Shown piece by piece: positions 23,087 through 37,422 of a DNA stretch of 60,534 nucleotides. The notes below the pieces were generated by a model, which had not been told where the DNA came from, did no database searches, and saw only the letters and a list, made by a program, of their open reading frames with translations. The stretch is taken from the IMG/VR virus record IMGVR_UViG_3300048672_000522, positions 1 through 60,534 of that record. The stretch is one strand, 5' to 3'. Position 1 is the stretch's first letter; each line of letters begins with the position of its first letter. Origin of the DNA: a virus (lineage: Duplodnaviria; Caudoviricetes). The translations under genes and the position numbers were made by a program.

Positions 23087-24967
23087 TTAAGATATGGTCC
23101 AGCCAATGCCCTGATCCATGTAAGTGAATGTCAATGTACTGTTGTTGTAGTCGATGTTACAATTCTCAGATAGTGACATGATGTTCTGACCGTTGCGCAT
23201 GACAGTGCATGCCTAAGTCCCTTGCTTGTATATAACGACCTTGTCACCGGGGACAGGGCTTGCGGGCAAGAATACGTTATTGCCAGCCCACATGATGCAG
23301 CAATCATTTGCTAGTGCATAGATAGGAGTCCCAGCAGAACTACCGCCGTTTACTACTCTCTGCCCACCGATAGAAGTCCAGTCGCCCCACGCGGTACCTT
23401 CTGCCACACGCAGATACATTCTACTAGCATTACCGGCAGACAACTCCACTGCCAACTGGGCGGCATAACCCGTGTTGTCATGATAAAACACCAACACATG
23501 CCAGTAACCTGCCAGAGCAGTAGCAGCGCCTGAAGCATTCTGCAGTCCATTACCATCGTTGGTGTAGAAACCAGCCTCAAGTGTAGTTGATTGGAAGAAT
23601 GCTGCCGTCCTTGGTGCATTCTCGAAGATAGGAGTCTGCAACAGAGCACGTGCAGAAGTAACATCTGCGATGCCAAACAGAGATTTACCTACTACAGAAC
23701 CACCCAGATTAGTCAGTGCCTGGCTTGCAGTAGTCGCAGCAGTGCCACCCTACGCAATAGGTAGTGCAGTGGTTAGTGACAGACTATAGAGGTTACCGGC
23801 GCCAGCAGTGATCTAACCGTTATCACCAAATGAGTGAGTAACACCAGTCCCATCAGCAGTAAGAATCTCAACTCTGTTATCTGCTACAACTTTTCTAACT
23901 TCTCTGCCACCCAACTTAATAGCACCAGAGTACAGAATGGAACCAGAGTCGCCTTTGAAATCAGGCACACCGGTCAGGTCGATCTCAATCTTCTCCGTAC
24001 CAGACAACTTGATAGAGATTGGCTTGTAAACACCTGTGCCGAACTTACCGGATTCAATTACCGCTGCATCACCATCAATCCCAACCTACGTGAAACTTGT
24101 GTTTGCGACATCAGAACTTGAGTAAGAGATAAGACCTGCGGCATCGCCAGTGCCATTTGGTGCGATACCAAGTTGTGCAGAAGAATCTGTAGCGGAAGAA
24201 GTGATCAGGAATCTCTTAGTGTGGTCCGCATTGCTCAGGTCAGCACTGATTTTTCTACTGTCACCCACGAACTCATACGATCCGCTATGAGTTACATCTA
24301 CATCACCCAGAGAAACAAGTCTCTGCGTCACATTAACAATCTCTGTGTATCCGGTTACTACCTTTGCTGTCAGAGTTCTTGCAGGTGTAAACTTAGCAAA
24401 GTCACCGGACTCGAGTAACATGATCTCAAAAGCGATGTGATCATAACTAGCAGAACCAGTTGGCACACAGAAGATACGAATATTGCCGGTAGGAGTAGTC
24501 CAAACTTCAAACTGGAGACTCTGTGGCAACTCATTAGACTCATGACTAGTCCAGTGAAATACGGTGATAGCAGAGCCAGTGGTTGCTTGGAAGTAAATCT
24601 TCCCTTTGCCTTCCAGTGTAGTTGTGCTCTACTTCTGCAACTTCACTGCGATATCAAAGATCGCCTTCTCACCATCATTTCCTCGTGTATAATCACCAAT
24701 GAGAACACCGGAGGTAGGAACGATACCAGAGTAAGCGATTACATACTTCTTGATTCTACCGCCTGCCAGATACAGATCATTCATGCGAACGATATCATTG
24801 AACACTGGGTTGGTAGCACTAGCCTTGGTCTTGATTTCCTCGTTCAGCACCCAGAGGTTGTAATCACCCTCGGCGTTGGTAAGAGGAGAACCTTTGATGG
24901 CAGAATCCTAGATTACTGCTGATGGTGTTCCTGGTGTAGCTGTCTGTCTGTAGAATATATTTGCCAT
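23087..24967 (-). CDS. Tail fibre protein, 626 aa
   Basis: N-terminal KGSPLTNAEGDYN, LPIA*GGTAATT, WGDW and C-terminal RNGQNIMSLSE module; four track ORFs share one frame. Confidence 0.8.
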
Positions 24968-24982
24968 TGTTTGGAGTCCTGA

Positions 24983-25171
24983 TTATCGGCTAGACAATAG
25001 TTGCAGAATCTTGTCTAGCTTATCCTCAAGATTTGCTAGTCGCTGCTCTGTCTCTTTTTCCTTCAAGTATTTATTAAGACCTTCTTGATCTTTCACTACT
25101 ATGCTACCATTAGGAGATTTGTAGACCCCAGAAAGAGGTCTACCAGATGTATCAACCGCCTGCTTGAGCAT
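24983..25171 (-). CDS. Small hypothetical protein, 62 aa
   Basis: ATG overlaps the upstream TAA; coiled-coil-like C-terminus. Confidence 0.65.
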   Translation of the reverse strand: MLKQAVDTSGRPLSGVYKSPNGSIVVKDQEGLNKYLKEKETEQRLANLEDKLDKILQLLSSR

Positions 25172-27669
25172 TAAACAACCGCAATAACTCTATAGTTCTT
25201 GATCACAGGTGACATGTTCTTGTACTTAGAACTCATGACGCACTTCAGGTTGTAAGTATCAAAACCTGGTAGATCATACAGATAGAATTCATAGTCGAAC
25301 AAGTCACCGAATGAAGTGGATTTATTTCTTGCCACATCACAGTTCAACTTCTTCCATGGTAACTCAGAGTGAGTGCTGGTATCGTTAGACATGCTAGTTC
25401 TGATGTACCATTCTACCGATGTGTCAGGAGTAGAAGCCAAGAAGGAAATTACCTTGATACCAGTAGAGAGAGTCTCCAACTTGATTTCTTTGGTGATGTA
25501 CTTAGCCAGAGCGTAACCGTTGTTCGGCAACAACTCAGAGTTGACTCTATCAATAACAGCGGCAGCAGTAGCAGTCTGACCTGCTCCACCCGGTGCGGCA
25601 ATGACGATAGTAGGAGTTCTAGTGTAGCCAGAACCACCGGAGATAGCCAGTGTAGTTACTGCGCCACCAGATACGGTAGCAGTAGCAGTGGCTGTTACAA
25701 TGTTCTCTTTATTTGGTTCATCTTCTGCAGGGATGATAGTCACAACAGGGGCACCAGAATAACCAGTACCACCAAATAATTGTGTGAAGCCGGTAACAGA
25801 ACTGGATGCAATAGTAGCATTCACATCTTCAATGAACGCTTGATCGTTGATCGCATTGGCATAAGAAGTAACGGTAGCACCTTTTCTCAGATCAAGAACC
25901 GGTGAAACGTTACTAGCAGAAGTAGTAAGTGCGACATTCAGCTTGAACGATGCATCTGTTTCACCATTGTTCACAGAAGTTGCTCTGTTTGCAATAATGG
26001 ATTCATATAGAGCGAAGTTAGCAGCATACAGATCGGTAGGCATATCACCACCGGTGTACTGGTATTTTGTGTCCAGAAGTTTATGTGATGCTCTCAGTGC
26101 TGTACCGACTGGAGTTGCAAACTCAAGATTTGGAACGAACAAGCTGATTGGCTTATTGATGCTGACGTTGAACCATGCCTCAGAATAAGCCATCACAATA
26201 CCTGGCCAAGTACCTGCATCTACTTGAACATTAGTAGTATATCCAGAACCTGGGGTGGTCACAGTAGCACCAACGAATCTAGGCCCTGTGCCAAAGTGTT
26301 CAGCAGTGTTAACAGTAGCAGTTGCCGCAGTACCTCCGACAGGAGTAGGAATTACCAGACTGGTAGGAATGGGGCTATCTGCATTCTGGTTCTCGAATAC
26401 AATGTGAGTAATCACACCGCAAGAATTTATAGGACCTGTGGTGTCTGCGGTGAATCCTGCACCAGAACCCGCCAATTCAAATTCAATAGAGTAATCATCA
26501 ACGATTCTGGTGATGCCAAAAGAACCCTGCAGATTTGCACCATTGATACCATTGTAGAATGAATTGGCGTGAATGGAGATAGGATTGATAGCGATTCGTT
26601 CTTTATTGTCAAACAGTGTGTAACCGTGCTGCTCGAAAGAACGATATACAACTTTATTGCTACCCTCGGTAGTGAAGAACTGAGTACCTTTGACCCAACG
26701 GTTAGCAGAATCACCACCCAGAGTAACAGTAGCTTCAGATGATGTGAAATCTGCAATGTTCATGCGGAACTTCATATCTTCAAACTGATCGGTTGTCCAA
26801 GTAGAATCATTCTAGCTCTTAAACAGAGAACCAACATATGGTTGTTCGAAGATGGTTTTCTTAGTCTCATTAGACTTTTCACCCATCTTAGATGCCCAGA
26901 TTTGGTAGGTGTTGCAATTGGATACAACTACGAAGCAGTATTCTTGATCTTGAGACAGATACACGGGCACAGGGAATGTGAACTTTGTGGGTACCGATGC
27001 GTTGTTCTATACTGACACTTGATGTGGATATAGTGTTACTTTTGCATCTTCAGAGACCACAGTACGAGTTGGATAGCCGTTAAGCATCTCTCTCAGTTCT
27101 AGTGTGACTGGGAAAGTACTATCCTTAGTATAGAAATACACTTCGATACTGGTAACGAATATACCACCTTGTTTGCCATAGGTGAAGAATGACTGCGCCA
27201 GTGGATCTGTACCAGCAGGCTGTGGAGGAGGTGGCGGCTGGACAATATCAACATCCAACAGAGAGATTGTCTTTCTGAACACTTGCAGAGTACCCTGAGC
27301 AACGAATTTTGCATCCAGTTTGCCAAGAGTGTTGCCGCTGATAGCAAGTTCTGCTACCTCTGCTGCTTCAGTTGCGATGATATCCAGATCTCCGGCCTTG
27401 AATTTGCCGCCCTCAATATTGATAACAAATTCCACTTCACCAGTCGGAGACACAATAACAGGTTGTCCCATCTACTTGAATGCTGATGCAGTATTCCAAT
27501 CTCTTGGTTCAATGCGGTGATCATACTTCACACCATCCAAGAAAATATGAAGAACCGTATTAGGTCTTGCATCTTTATAAGTACAAGTCACTTTTTGTGC
27601 ACGGATATAGACCAGAGGTTCTGATCCAAGCAGTTTCGTCACTGCATATCTTCTAGAAGTTGTTGCCAT
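25171..27669 (-). CDS. Virion structural protein, C-terminal part of DUF4815/VrlC-like baseplate protein, 832 aa
   Basis: DPLAQSFF, GIFVTSIEVYF, TKFTFPVPVYL, QPYVGSLFKS*NDSTW..DQFEDMKF, YITKEIKLE. Confidence 0.8.
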
Positions 27670-27677
27670 AGTTTATT

Positions 27678-30600
27678 TTATCTCAAATTTAAGCCGTTGC
27701 GGATATATTGCTGGATGTTAGGGTATTCCCACGTAGATAGGCCGCGTGTCTTAGAATCCCAACCCATGATTGTATCTATACTGATCTCTGAGGGACCAGA
27801 GTAATATGCATCACCAAGTTTGTTTGGTAGTTCATATTTAACACCGGTGTATGGAAGTTCAGGGATATTGTATGGCTCTGCAAGAACAGGTGGCACTGCT
27901 GCGGGTTGAGTAGTCCAAGCCCAAGCAGTTCTTCTCAGTGTTACCTCAGGTAAGAACAATGTCTCTACCCAGTAATCTTGCTTAGGTGATAGAGCCATAG
28001 TCCCGGAGAAATCCACCACGTTGAATGGATTCACGTTAACGATCTTGGACGAGTATTGCGACTTCGCAAAATTCTACTCAACGTAGTTCAGTGTAACAAA
28101 TCCGCCATCATTCACTCTCACTTTAGTTGCTTCTGTGGCAGGTACATACAACTGCAGATTGATAGATTCATTCTCCAGGCGGCAGTAGATGCCATCCTGT
28201 GGAGAAGTAGAGGCGGAGTAGCCAGTAGCCAGAACATCAGCAATCTCAAATGGGTCCTGCACGTTCTCTACCAAGTAACCAGTCTTGTATTTCTCCAGAC
28301 CCGTCTTAGCATCAATCACCTTAGTCTGTAGCAATTGAGTCTCTGCAACCGACAATGTAGCAAATTCTTCCAACTTATCGATTCTTTCTTCGATATTGGA
28401 AATTGCTTCCATTGTATATGTACTAACAGCCATACGATAAGAACTGATATCGTTGATGGAGTACAAATATGGAGGCAGGTCATATCTGTCCAGAACATAC
28501 GCATCTTCTGGCACTGCAGGGACTCTAGGTGCTTTACCAGGGTTGCCTTCTTGAACAAAGATTTTACCAGATTTATCAATGCAGACAAGATCAATTCTGC
28601 CAAGATAGTAAGTAACACTTGTATCAATAGAAGAACCGGACACAACTGGATTTGAATTTACTCCGGTGCGAAGATCCAAGCAATCTCTCAGAGAGATAGC
28701 AGAACCATTTGCAGGAGTATACGATTCAATGTAATGGTTTGGAATGCCGATATAAGAATCTGCACTAAAGAAACTAGATGTTCCGGAGTGTTGCAGATAG
28801 ACATACTTGACTTGGACAGTCTGACCTGCAGGCAGCGAAGAGATACCAGGACGCAACTCAAGATAAGAGTTCAGATAAGCAAACTCAGTAGTATTTCTCT
28901 CGAATCTGAAATCATTAATTCTTTCAATGCCACCGATTACAACACTCTACACGAACACGACATCATAATGAGGTAGAGTGATTTTTCTCTGACCCAGAGT
29001 AGAAGTCGTTGAGAATGGAGTACCAGAAACTTCTTGCGCGGATTTCGTCTTTGCAGCGGCAGCAGATTTTCTTACCTGAACGAAGCAGATGTAGCCAGCA
29101 GTGTTTGGCCCTGTGATAGATGTACCGCCACTTGATACACTGAACCCTGCGATAGACACAGGGAGACCAGCCAGGCTGTATACAGTAAAGATACCAGTAT
29201 CAACACCTACGATAGTGCCAGAACTCACGGTGCCAGAAACAGATGAACCGGAGTTGATCGTCAATCTTTCCCATGTAGTGATGTCCATATCTGGCAGACT
29301 GTTAGAATCCTTCAGAGTCTTGACACCATTTCTGCCCAGATACTGGATAAGGTTATCAGCACCATCAGAGAACAGGCAGCCAATAGAAAGAATCTTGGCA
29401 CTTGCAGCAGGAGAGGTAGTAGCAATAATCTAACCTGGCTGTGGCATAAAAGTGCCAGAAGTATTACCAGATTTGAATACGAACAGCATATTAGTGGACT
29501 GATCATACCCACTGATAGAGAATTCTGTGCCGTTGATAGCGGTTACTGTAGAGATAGATGCCCAGGTGCTAGTGGAATCAACTTGTGTTTCATGGACCAA
29601 TGCACCGAATGTGGTGCTAGTGCCTACAATTCTTGCACAGGTGGACAGTGAAGAGTACCCGTTTGCATATGCAAAATCATAGAAGTAAACTTTGTCTACT
29701 CTTCTTGCACCCCATGAAGAACCTGCATAGAAATCTACAGTCAAAAACTTGGCAGTAGCTACAACATTGCCACCAGCAGACGCAGTGTCATAGAATGTAA
29801 TAGTGCCGCCAGCCGCAGGCAACTGACTTGCGTTAGTAACATTTACCAGAACATATGAACCGTAAGCGATTCTCTTGGTCAGTCGCTCTGGCGCGCCACT
29901 AGTTCTAGGTTTGTCAACTACTACATGTTTTGGTACCAGTGTCTCAACACCAAAGCCGTAAATGTACGCCTTGCCCTGAGTGACATTATACACCAACTTC
30001 TATTCAAAGCTAGTCTCTTCTGCTGGAGATGTGGCAGTAAACTTGCCACTGTTGTTACCTGCACGAAGATATTCCTGAGCATAACCCTTCAGCCCGTCTA
30101 CTACGTAGTTACCGGATTCTTCGTATGTGCGCTTGGCAAATGATTTCTCGAGTTCGTTGTACTTTGGGAAACGAGCGTGTTCTTCCAGAACACCCGCATT
30201 GTATCTCATCAATTCAACGTACTCATCAGTGATTGCTGCATCCAGTGGAAGTGATACCAAGTCGATCTGGATCTTTACTCTATCCGCACCCGGAGCAGTG
30301 TAGTTATAGCTACCCTGAGATGGATCCAACAGCGTCTCATCATCAGTATATTCAATCAGAGATTCTGTGATCTTGAACAGAATGTGAGCAGAAGGGGAAA
30401 CGGTGTATCTGGAGATTGTTACGGTCTGCTTTGGTGTGCTAACGAATGATCCGTTGATGTAATACACGCCAGAGTTGACGAAAGCAAGTGAGCCAAGACC
30501 AACAGGAGAAGGTTCACCAGAAACCAGATCCAAATCATTGATCAGTGCTCTTTGTGAAATGTCAGTTTTAACATACACTTCTTCATCTGGCAGGAATTTG

Positions 30601-31022
30601 CTAGTAGCAAGAGTGTTCCCACTCTGAGTGTAGATACCAGATTTTGTATAGGCGAGATAGAAGGTCTTCGGTGCGCTGGCCGACAATTCATTCTCAATAT
30701 GAATGATCTTGGCCTCGACACCGGAAGTGACACCAACGATAGTCTTATTAAAGAATCTGGTGTCATCAATTATTGTGCCATTGAATGACGAACCGATGGT
30801 GATATAATCAACACCGAGTTGTGCAAAACTGTTACCAGGGATTACAATGGAACCATGCTTGAAGATATGGTTGCCGAACTTCTCAATCTGATTTCTCAGT
30901 ATGGACTGAAGTTGAGTCAATTCTCTGGCTTGCACTGCGTAACCAGGTTTGAACATAATCTGATGATAATTCTTGAACTCATCAAAATCATCAAAATATG
31001 GGCTGACGTTATAGTTCTTCAT
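27678..31022 (-). CDS. Virion structural protein, N-terminal part of DUF4815/VrlC-like baseplate protein, 1114 aa
   Basis: NVSPYFDDFD, FKPGYAVQARELTQLQS, APGADR, RTYEESGNY, YYLGRID, NVNPF; one frame across TAGs. Confidence 0.85.
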
Positions 31023-31069
31023 GTTTCTGTGTCTTTCCTAAACAATCTCTAGGAGTATTTACGGCCGAA

Positions 31070-33406
31070 TTATAGAGAGATATTCTAGAAATTCAGGAAT
31101 GTTTTGATGATGATACCCTGATTCTCAGAGAATGTAAAAGGTTGTTCGTAAGAATAGAATACCAGGTCGCCAGAATTTCTATTGATGGTAGGTGTGTCAG
31201 CAATCTCTGTCACAGTACATCTGATAAGAGTGTTTGTCTCAAGGAACAGTTCTCCAGATGGCGGGATATTTCTATCACCCATTGGGACAAGAACCAATTC
31301 TGATTTTGCGTCATTTACTGATAGCACTCTAAACTTCTGGATACCGTACTGAGTATCTGTCATAACCAGAGTCTTTTCATAGAAACCTTCAAGCGACACT
31401 TCATTGGTAGAGATACCAACGGTGTATGTCTAGAGAGTTTCATCCGACTTGAGTGGCTTTGTGTACACATCCTTAGGTCCGCGCAAGAGTCCATACAATC
31501 TATAATCTTGATTGATATAGTTCAGAGCACTGCTCATACGGAATGAAGCGTAGATACTGACACCCTGAGCACCAAGTTCTTTTGGGGCATTAGAACCATG
31601 TCCGCCAATAGGAGGAACAATAGCGTAACCTGATGCTTCCTCCAGCGATACATTAGAATTCTCGCGTTGACTGTCAAAGAAAGACAAATTGGCGTAAGTG
31701 TAGCCATAACCTGGATCTGTGAATCTCACATCCACAATCTCGCCATCATATACAATCGCTTCTGCTTTTGCACCAATACCATCACCAAGAACCGTCACAG
31801 AAACAAACTGGCTGTCTGTGTATCCGGTACCCTTTGTGATAGCACCCGTAGCGATGTCAGACATTTTGGCAGCATACAGACCACCGGGGATTGCAAGTTG
31901 CTCAATGTACTATTGATCAGAAGTGAAATCCTACTGATTGATAACAGCTTCAAATGATGCAGGAGAAACACCAACTGCACTAGTGCTAGCACGCAGAGAG
32001 ATCTATGTGTATCCATCACCTGCATTCTGTGTTACAACTTCAATAATTCTGCCATTGGAGACGATAGGCACAAACTACGCACCATTTCCATCACCTGCAA
32101 CAACGATAGCAGTGTCTGCATTGGATGGATATCCCATTCCGGGGTCTTCCAGGAAAACATTTACTACTTTGTTCTCAGAGACGATACACTTCACAATTGC
32201 AGTCGGATTCTGCACACCTCCAGCATTGAAGAATTTTCCAGTCGGATAGATACCAACTGCATTGTTCTAGACGACAAGATCGGGCGCGGAAGTGTAGCCA
32301 ATGCCAGGATCGATGATAGTAACCTTGATGATCTCGCCCTGAACGTATTCTTTGCCATCTACAGATGTCCCAGCCTCTTTAGCAACTGCAACACCAAATG
32401 TAGCACCGCCGACAGACACTGTCACACTGTCAGAAGTCTCGTAACCATATCCTGGGTTCACAATGGTAATACCAGTGATCACGCCAGCGGTAATAACTGG
32501 TTCTAGTACCGCACCTACACCGAACACGGAACTCACCGTTATTCTTGCACCAGCTGTGTAACCAGTACCACCGGTAATAGTCAGTGCAGAGATTGCACCG
32601 ATGGGTGAAACGGAGCTGATCTAAACCTATGCACCAGAACCTGTCACATGCCCAGTATCCGTCACAGATACAGTAGTCGCTTCGTAGTTATCATATCCAG
32701 AGCCACTGTCCAGAACGATCACATTCTCAATCTAGCCGCGGTTATAGAAACTGTCAGAAATAGCTTTCTGCACGGGCACAAAAGATGAATTACCAAATTG
32801 TCTAAGTTTATACTTCGGAATTTCGTACATGTACTTCCACATGTAACCATCCCCAAGCACAGCATTAAGAGAACCTTCTGCAGTTGGATAACCAGTCTCA
32901 GAGTTATACCATTCTGTCTCCAAGAAACGAACTGGAGTAACACCTGTGAAGGTAGGTTTGATCTTTGAACTAAGGCCGGCCGGAGCAAAGTGCAGACTTG
33001 GGTTATCCAAGAAACGATTCTCGTTGTTATCCAGGCACTTGTATACTCTATAGATCTGGTCCGCACCCTGAGTCACAACATAGAAACTATTCTTGTAATC
33101 GTCTGTCTCCAGAGGGGAAACGCAATTTCTTGTGTGATCCCATCTAGAATAAACAGTATTAGCCTGCCATTCAACACGTGGGATCACCTTCGACACTGCA
33201 TTGGAAGAAATCTTCTTATAGTACACAGAATCATTTCTGATATCTGATTCATCTTTAGCCGAACCAATCACAGATGGAAGAGTCCCTCCGTATTCATAGC
33301 CGGATGTTTTACCTAGGAAATGATACCAGATAGATCTTTTGAGTTGAATGTCACTGACGATAATATCAGCAACATCCCCAGCGAAATCGGTCTTTAAAAC
33401 GGACAT
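31070..33406 (-). CDS. gp8: Baseplate wedge protein gp8-like with G-x-G-Y repeat insertions, 778 aa
   Basis: VIPRVEW, FYVVT, VYKCLDN, DGYMWKYMY, PIGGHGSNAPKELG, SGDLVFY. Confidence 0.8.
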
Positions 33407-33425
33407 AAGACTCTCAGTTCAAAAA

Positions 33426-33908
33426 TCAGTTAACGGTAATAGACCATGTGATAGTAAGAGAATCACCTGCTTCTTTGTTCACTACGTTGAAAGTAGTTCT
33501 TGCCAACATATTGCCACCAGAAGCAGCATTAAGAATTCCGGCTTCCTTCAGAGCACCAGTACCAACGCCAGGGCCAAAAGAAGCACTGTATGTTGCAGTA
33601 GGACCTGCACCGGTGTTTGCACCAGAGGAAAGAGTTAGTGCGACTCTGCCAACTTCCGCGCCAAGACCGACATCACCAGTAACTGCCGCCGTTTGTGTAG
33701 TACCTACTGCCATGTGCGACATAGGAGATGCATATACAACACCTGTTGCTGCTTGTCTCATCAATCTGGCAATATAATCTTTACCAGATCCTACAACAAG
33801 GTTCTTCACCTCTCTGTTGTCTTTGACGGTACCATCGGCTGCCGTCAGTTTAATCGTAAGCTGACCAGTTACACCTGAATCACTTACTAATACTTTGTCA
33901 TTGATCAT
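33426..33908 (-). CDS. Virion structural protein (baseplate/fibre associated), 160 aa
   Basis: NLVVGSGK, HMAVGT, GTGALKEAGILNAASGG, DSLTITWSIT. Confidence 0.75.
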   Translation of the reverse strand: MINDKVLVSDSGVTGQLTIKLTAADGTVKDNREVKNLVVGSGKDYIARLMRQAATGVVYASPMSHMAVGTTQTAAVTGDVGLGAEVGRVALTLSSGANTGAGPTATYSASFGPGVGTGALKEAGILNAASGGNMLARTTFNVVNKEAGDSLTITWSITVN

Positions 33909-35635
33909 TCTACGATCTCCAAATGTTTTGTTAAGAAACCACCCTCAAAAAAAGAAGTCAATGTAACACTCTATATTGGGTAATTATAGTCATTATTTAT
34001 GTCATACCATGTATCGGATGTCCCAGAAACATCACCATATGAAAGATTTGGATCCCAGACCCCAAATTGAACATAGTCTACTAATCCAGACTTCGATACA
34101 TTCTTAGTAAGTGTTTCCGAAGAAGAAATATAATCTTCAAATATCTTTTCTACATGCTTGACATTAAAATCAAACGTCGTTGTATCATCAAACAGAACCA
34201 CATAATCAGAAGATATGCTTCTCTACCCTGTTATAGTATAATCAAAGTCGTTCATTCTTCTCTATTGAATGAACGACTTAGTTCCGGCAGGGTGGTTGAA
34301 TTTAATTATCTACTCTGCTTCTTTAAACTATTTCTATGTCTCAATAGTATACGAATAAGTCTGGTAATAGAAACTATCCTGAATGACGGATTGCGCATCA
34401 GAAATCAATCCAGTCCAATCATCGAATCTGCCATTGCTCTTTACGATGTATTCGAATTTCTAGACCAATACAGTTTCAGATTCTTTCCACTGTTCAATTG
34501 TGTAAGAATTGAAATCTGTGAAAAGGATTGGTTTAGTCTGACTTACAGTCTGGATAAATGCTAACGAACCATAATATGGGCCTGTTTCTGGTGCTTGATG
34601 CTGGTAATAATCTCCAGACAACATATATGTCTGAATCCATGAACCACCATCAATTACCTCCGTCATTCCTTCGACATCATCTAGAATATCAATTCTGTGA
34701 TGTTTTGTGATAGCACCTGTAGTGAAATTGAACTAATCAATCTCAGATGTTATATTGATATTTCCAGTAGGTGGCTTCTAGAATGGGTGAAGTGTGCACC
34801 ATGAATTTTCTAGCAATTCATAGCCATATTCTTTCACTTCTACAGTTTTAATCTGCCCTAAACCAGTTGAACTAAAAACTCTGCCGATTGTTGCTTTCTT
34901 AGATCCAGGTATCTCAAAGACCTGACCTTTTTGCCAATACTTACCACCTTTTTGTACATGAAAATGGCTGAAGGTCTTTTTAATGATCCCTTCATATACT
35001 TTAATACCATTTCGTTTAATCTGGAATTTCTGAAGATTACTCGCCGAAGTTGTGTCAATATAGAATTGCTGTCTAGAATCAAAGAAGATCAATGAATCAG
35101 AATCAGAGATAACTTCTACATTCTTTACGTTAATCTAGAAGCTACCTTTTGCATTAACCCAAGACAACTTGTCATACGGTTCAATTACAAATGCATCTGA
35201 TAATTTGTAAAGTGTCTATAAACGAATGTGATATTCCTGAGTCCAAGTAGACTCAGAAGCACGTAACATATTGTACTTCGGATATGCTACTTCAATTTCT
35301 TCACCAAATGCAATTCTGAATAAGAACTTCAGACATTTCTCAGTACCCTTATGTGAATATACTTCTGCTGCATTTCTTAAGAAATTGACAGTTGATATAT
35401 TTGGGAATGTAGGTACATCGATTGCAAATTGATTTCTGTAATGTTCAATGAAAACATCCAGATACTTTTCATCCAATGAGGAAGCAAGATCCAAATCAGT
35501 AGCATAATTCAACTTACCATTGAATGTATCTTCCTCAATGAATCTGTAGTATTCCTCTACGAATTGAATTAGATCCGGGAATTCTTCTCTAAAGAACTCC
35601 GGGAATCTATTGCTTGTTATCAGATTTGTTTTCAT
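33905..35635 (-). CDS. gp7: Baseplate wedge protein gp7-like, 576 aa, many TAGs
   Basis: FPEFFREEFP..IQFVEEYY, KGTEKCLKFLFRI, IQDSFYYQTYSY, HPAG. Confidence 0.75.
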
Positions 35636-37422
35636 TTAATAGATGAGAATGTCTTCGCCTGCACCTTATCATAATCAACATAAGTAAGAACTTCACAGTC
35701 TTGATAATCTATTTTCATAATCGTGTCTCTCAATGGAATAACATCATAAGATGACACAAATATATCAAACCAGAAACCATCATCATATAAACCAGAAATT
35801 GTGATGGCATCAGTCTTGATAATACCTTCTTTGAAATCAACAGATCCGATCTATTGAATGAATTGATCCACCCCTGATGGCAGAACTTCATATAGATCCA
35901 ATTTACCGGCAAGTGAATTCATTAAGAAGAAGGAATTGGAAGAACTAGGGAGATAAAATCTACTAGATTTAACAGACCCTGCTTTGATGTCAATAGGGTT
36001 ATTTAATCTCACTGAATATGTTTCAGATGTGCCAACGATAATAGTTACATACTGTTTGACATATACCTTAGTCAAATTACTAACAATACTGTAATCAGTA
36101 GAGTCAATCAGTTTAGTCAATGTAGAATATCTGAAACTCTTTTTCAATGAATTCAGAGAATTTACATAATTCAGAATACCATTCTTAATCAGCACAGAAA
36201 GATCATCTGCCGTCTTAGTTGTTTTGTCTGGGTTGAAATACACACCAGTCTTAATCACCAGATTAGTATATGTTGGATCAACGATAATAGGTTGAATAGA
36301 AAGCATTGATCTATTCGCCTTCAAGAATTCAACTATTTCATACTTCTCATCTGCAGTACATACATTTCTGTCAAATGGTTTCGCACAGATATACACAGAA
36401 CCATATCTTGGTGGATAATGATCTTCCCCACCCCAGACAGATACTGATTCTACAAATGGGAACTGTTGCAATATCTGTGAGATATAATCTTTGTCGGTCA
36501 CAGCTCTGTTCTGTGCAACATAATTACGAGGTGCATTATACTTTACAGACTCAATTGATTCTGCATTTGCGCCACCTGCAGATAATTGCAGAGTCGTTAC
36601 CTGATAAAGTGCATCGCCTCTGTATCCACCGGCGTAATAGAATTGACCGCAATTATTTGCTGCTTGTCCAGAAGAGGCATAATAATCCAGGTAAACAACA
36701 TTACCCGAATTTATAGCTTTACCCAAGACACCATTGCCGAAATAAACTTCATAGAAAAGATCTTCTCTTTGTTTGACAAAATAAACAGAATCTTGACTAG
36801 AAACAGATAATAGGCCCAATGATCTATTAAATGTCTGTGATGATATATTGCTTACCTATTCTTGAACTCGCACGGTCAGCGAAGTCATATCGGCATTCTT
36901 ATTTGGAATAACAAATGTAGTGCCAATTGAATTGACGTAACTGGTCTGGATATATGATCCTTCAATTACATCTACTTCAAATACAAACTTGCCATTTAAA
37001 AGTTCGGCCGTCTTAGCATAATAAGTCTGGAAAACATATTCATTGTCTCCAATGACACCTCGGAACATAGTCCCTTTTGGTAGAGTCAATTGTGTTGATG
37101 TAAGATTTTGTACTTCCTACATCTCAACTCTTACCTTTGCTCTGGCAGACGTAACAGATTTTGCAGTATAACCAATTGATTTAGCAAGGGAAACAACACT
37201 TGAATACTTACTTGCAGAATCAATAAATGACTCATTGAGAGCCATGTTTGTATACAACGAATGGTAATGCAGATTGTAAGCAAGAACATCGATTAAAGTA
37301 CTTAGAGCGGACCCCTCGAAGTTATAATCACTGAATGTAGCTTGACCTTGAAGGAATGTTTTAATGTTGGCTTTAATTCCGTCAAAATCCAACTAGTCTA
37401 CTTTGATAAGATTATTACTCAT
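35632..37422 (-). CDS. gp6: Baseplate wedge protein gp6, 596 aa
   Basis: LDFDGIKANIK, DYNFEGS, FGNGVLGK, AQNRAVT..DY, VWGGED. Confidence 0.92.
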
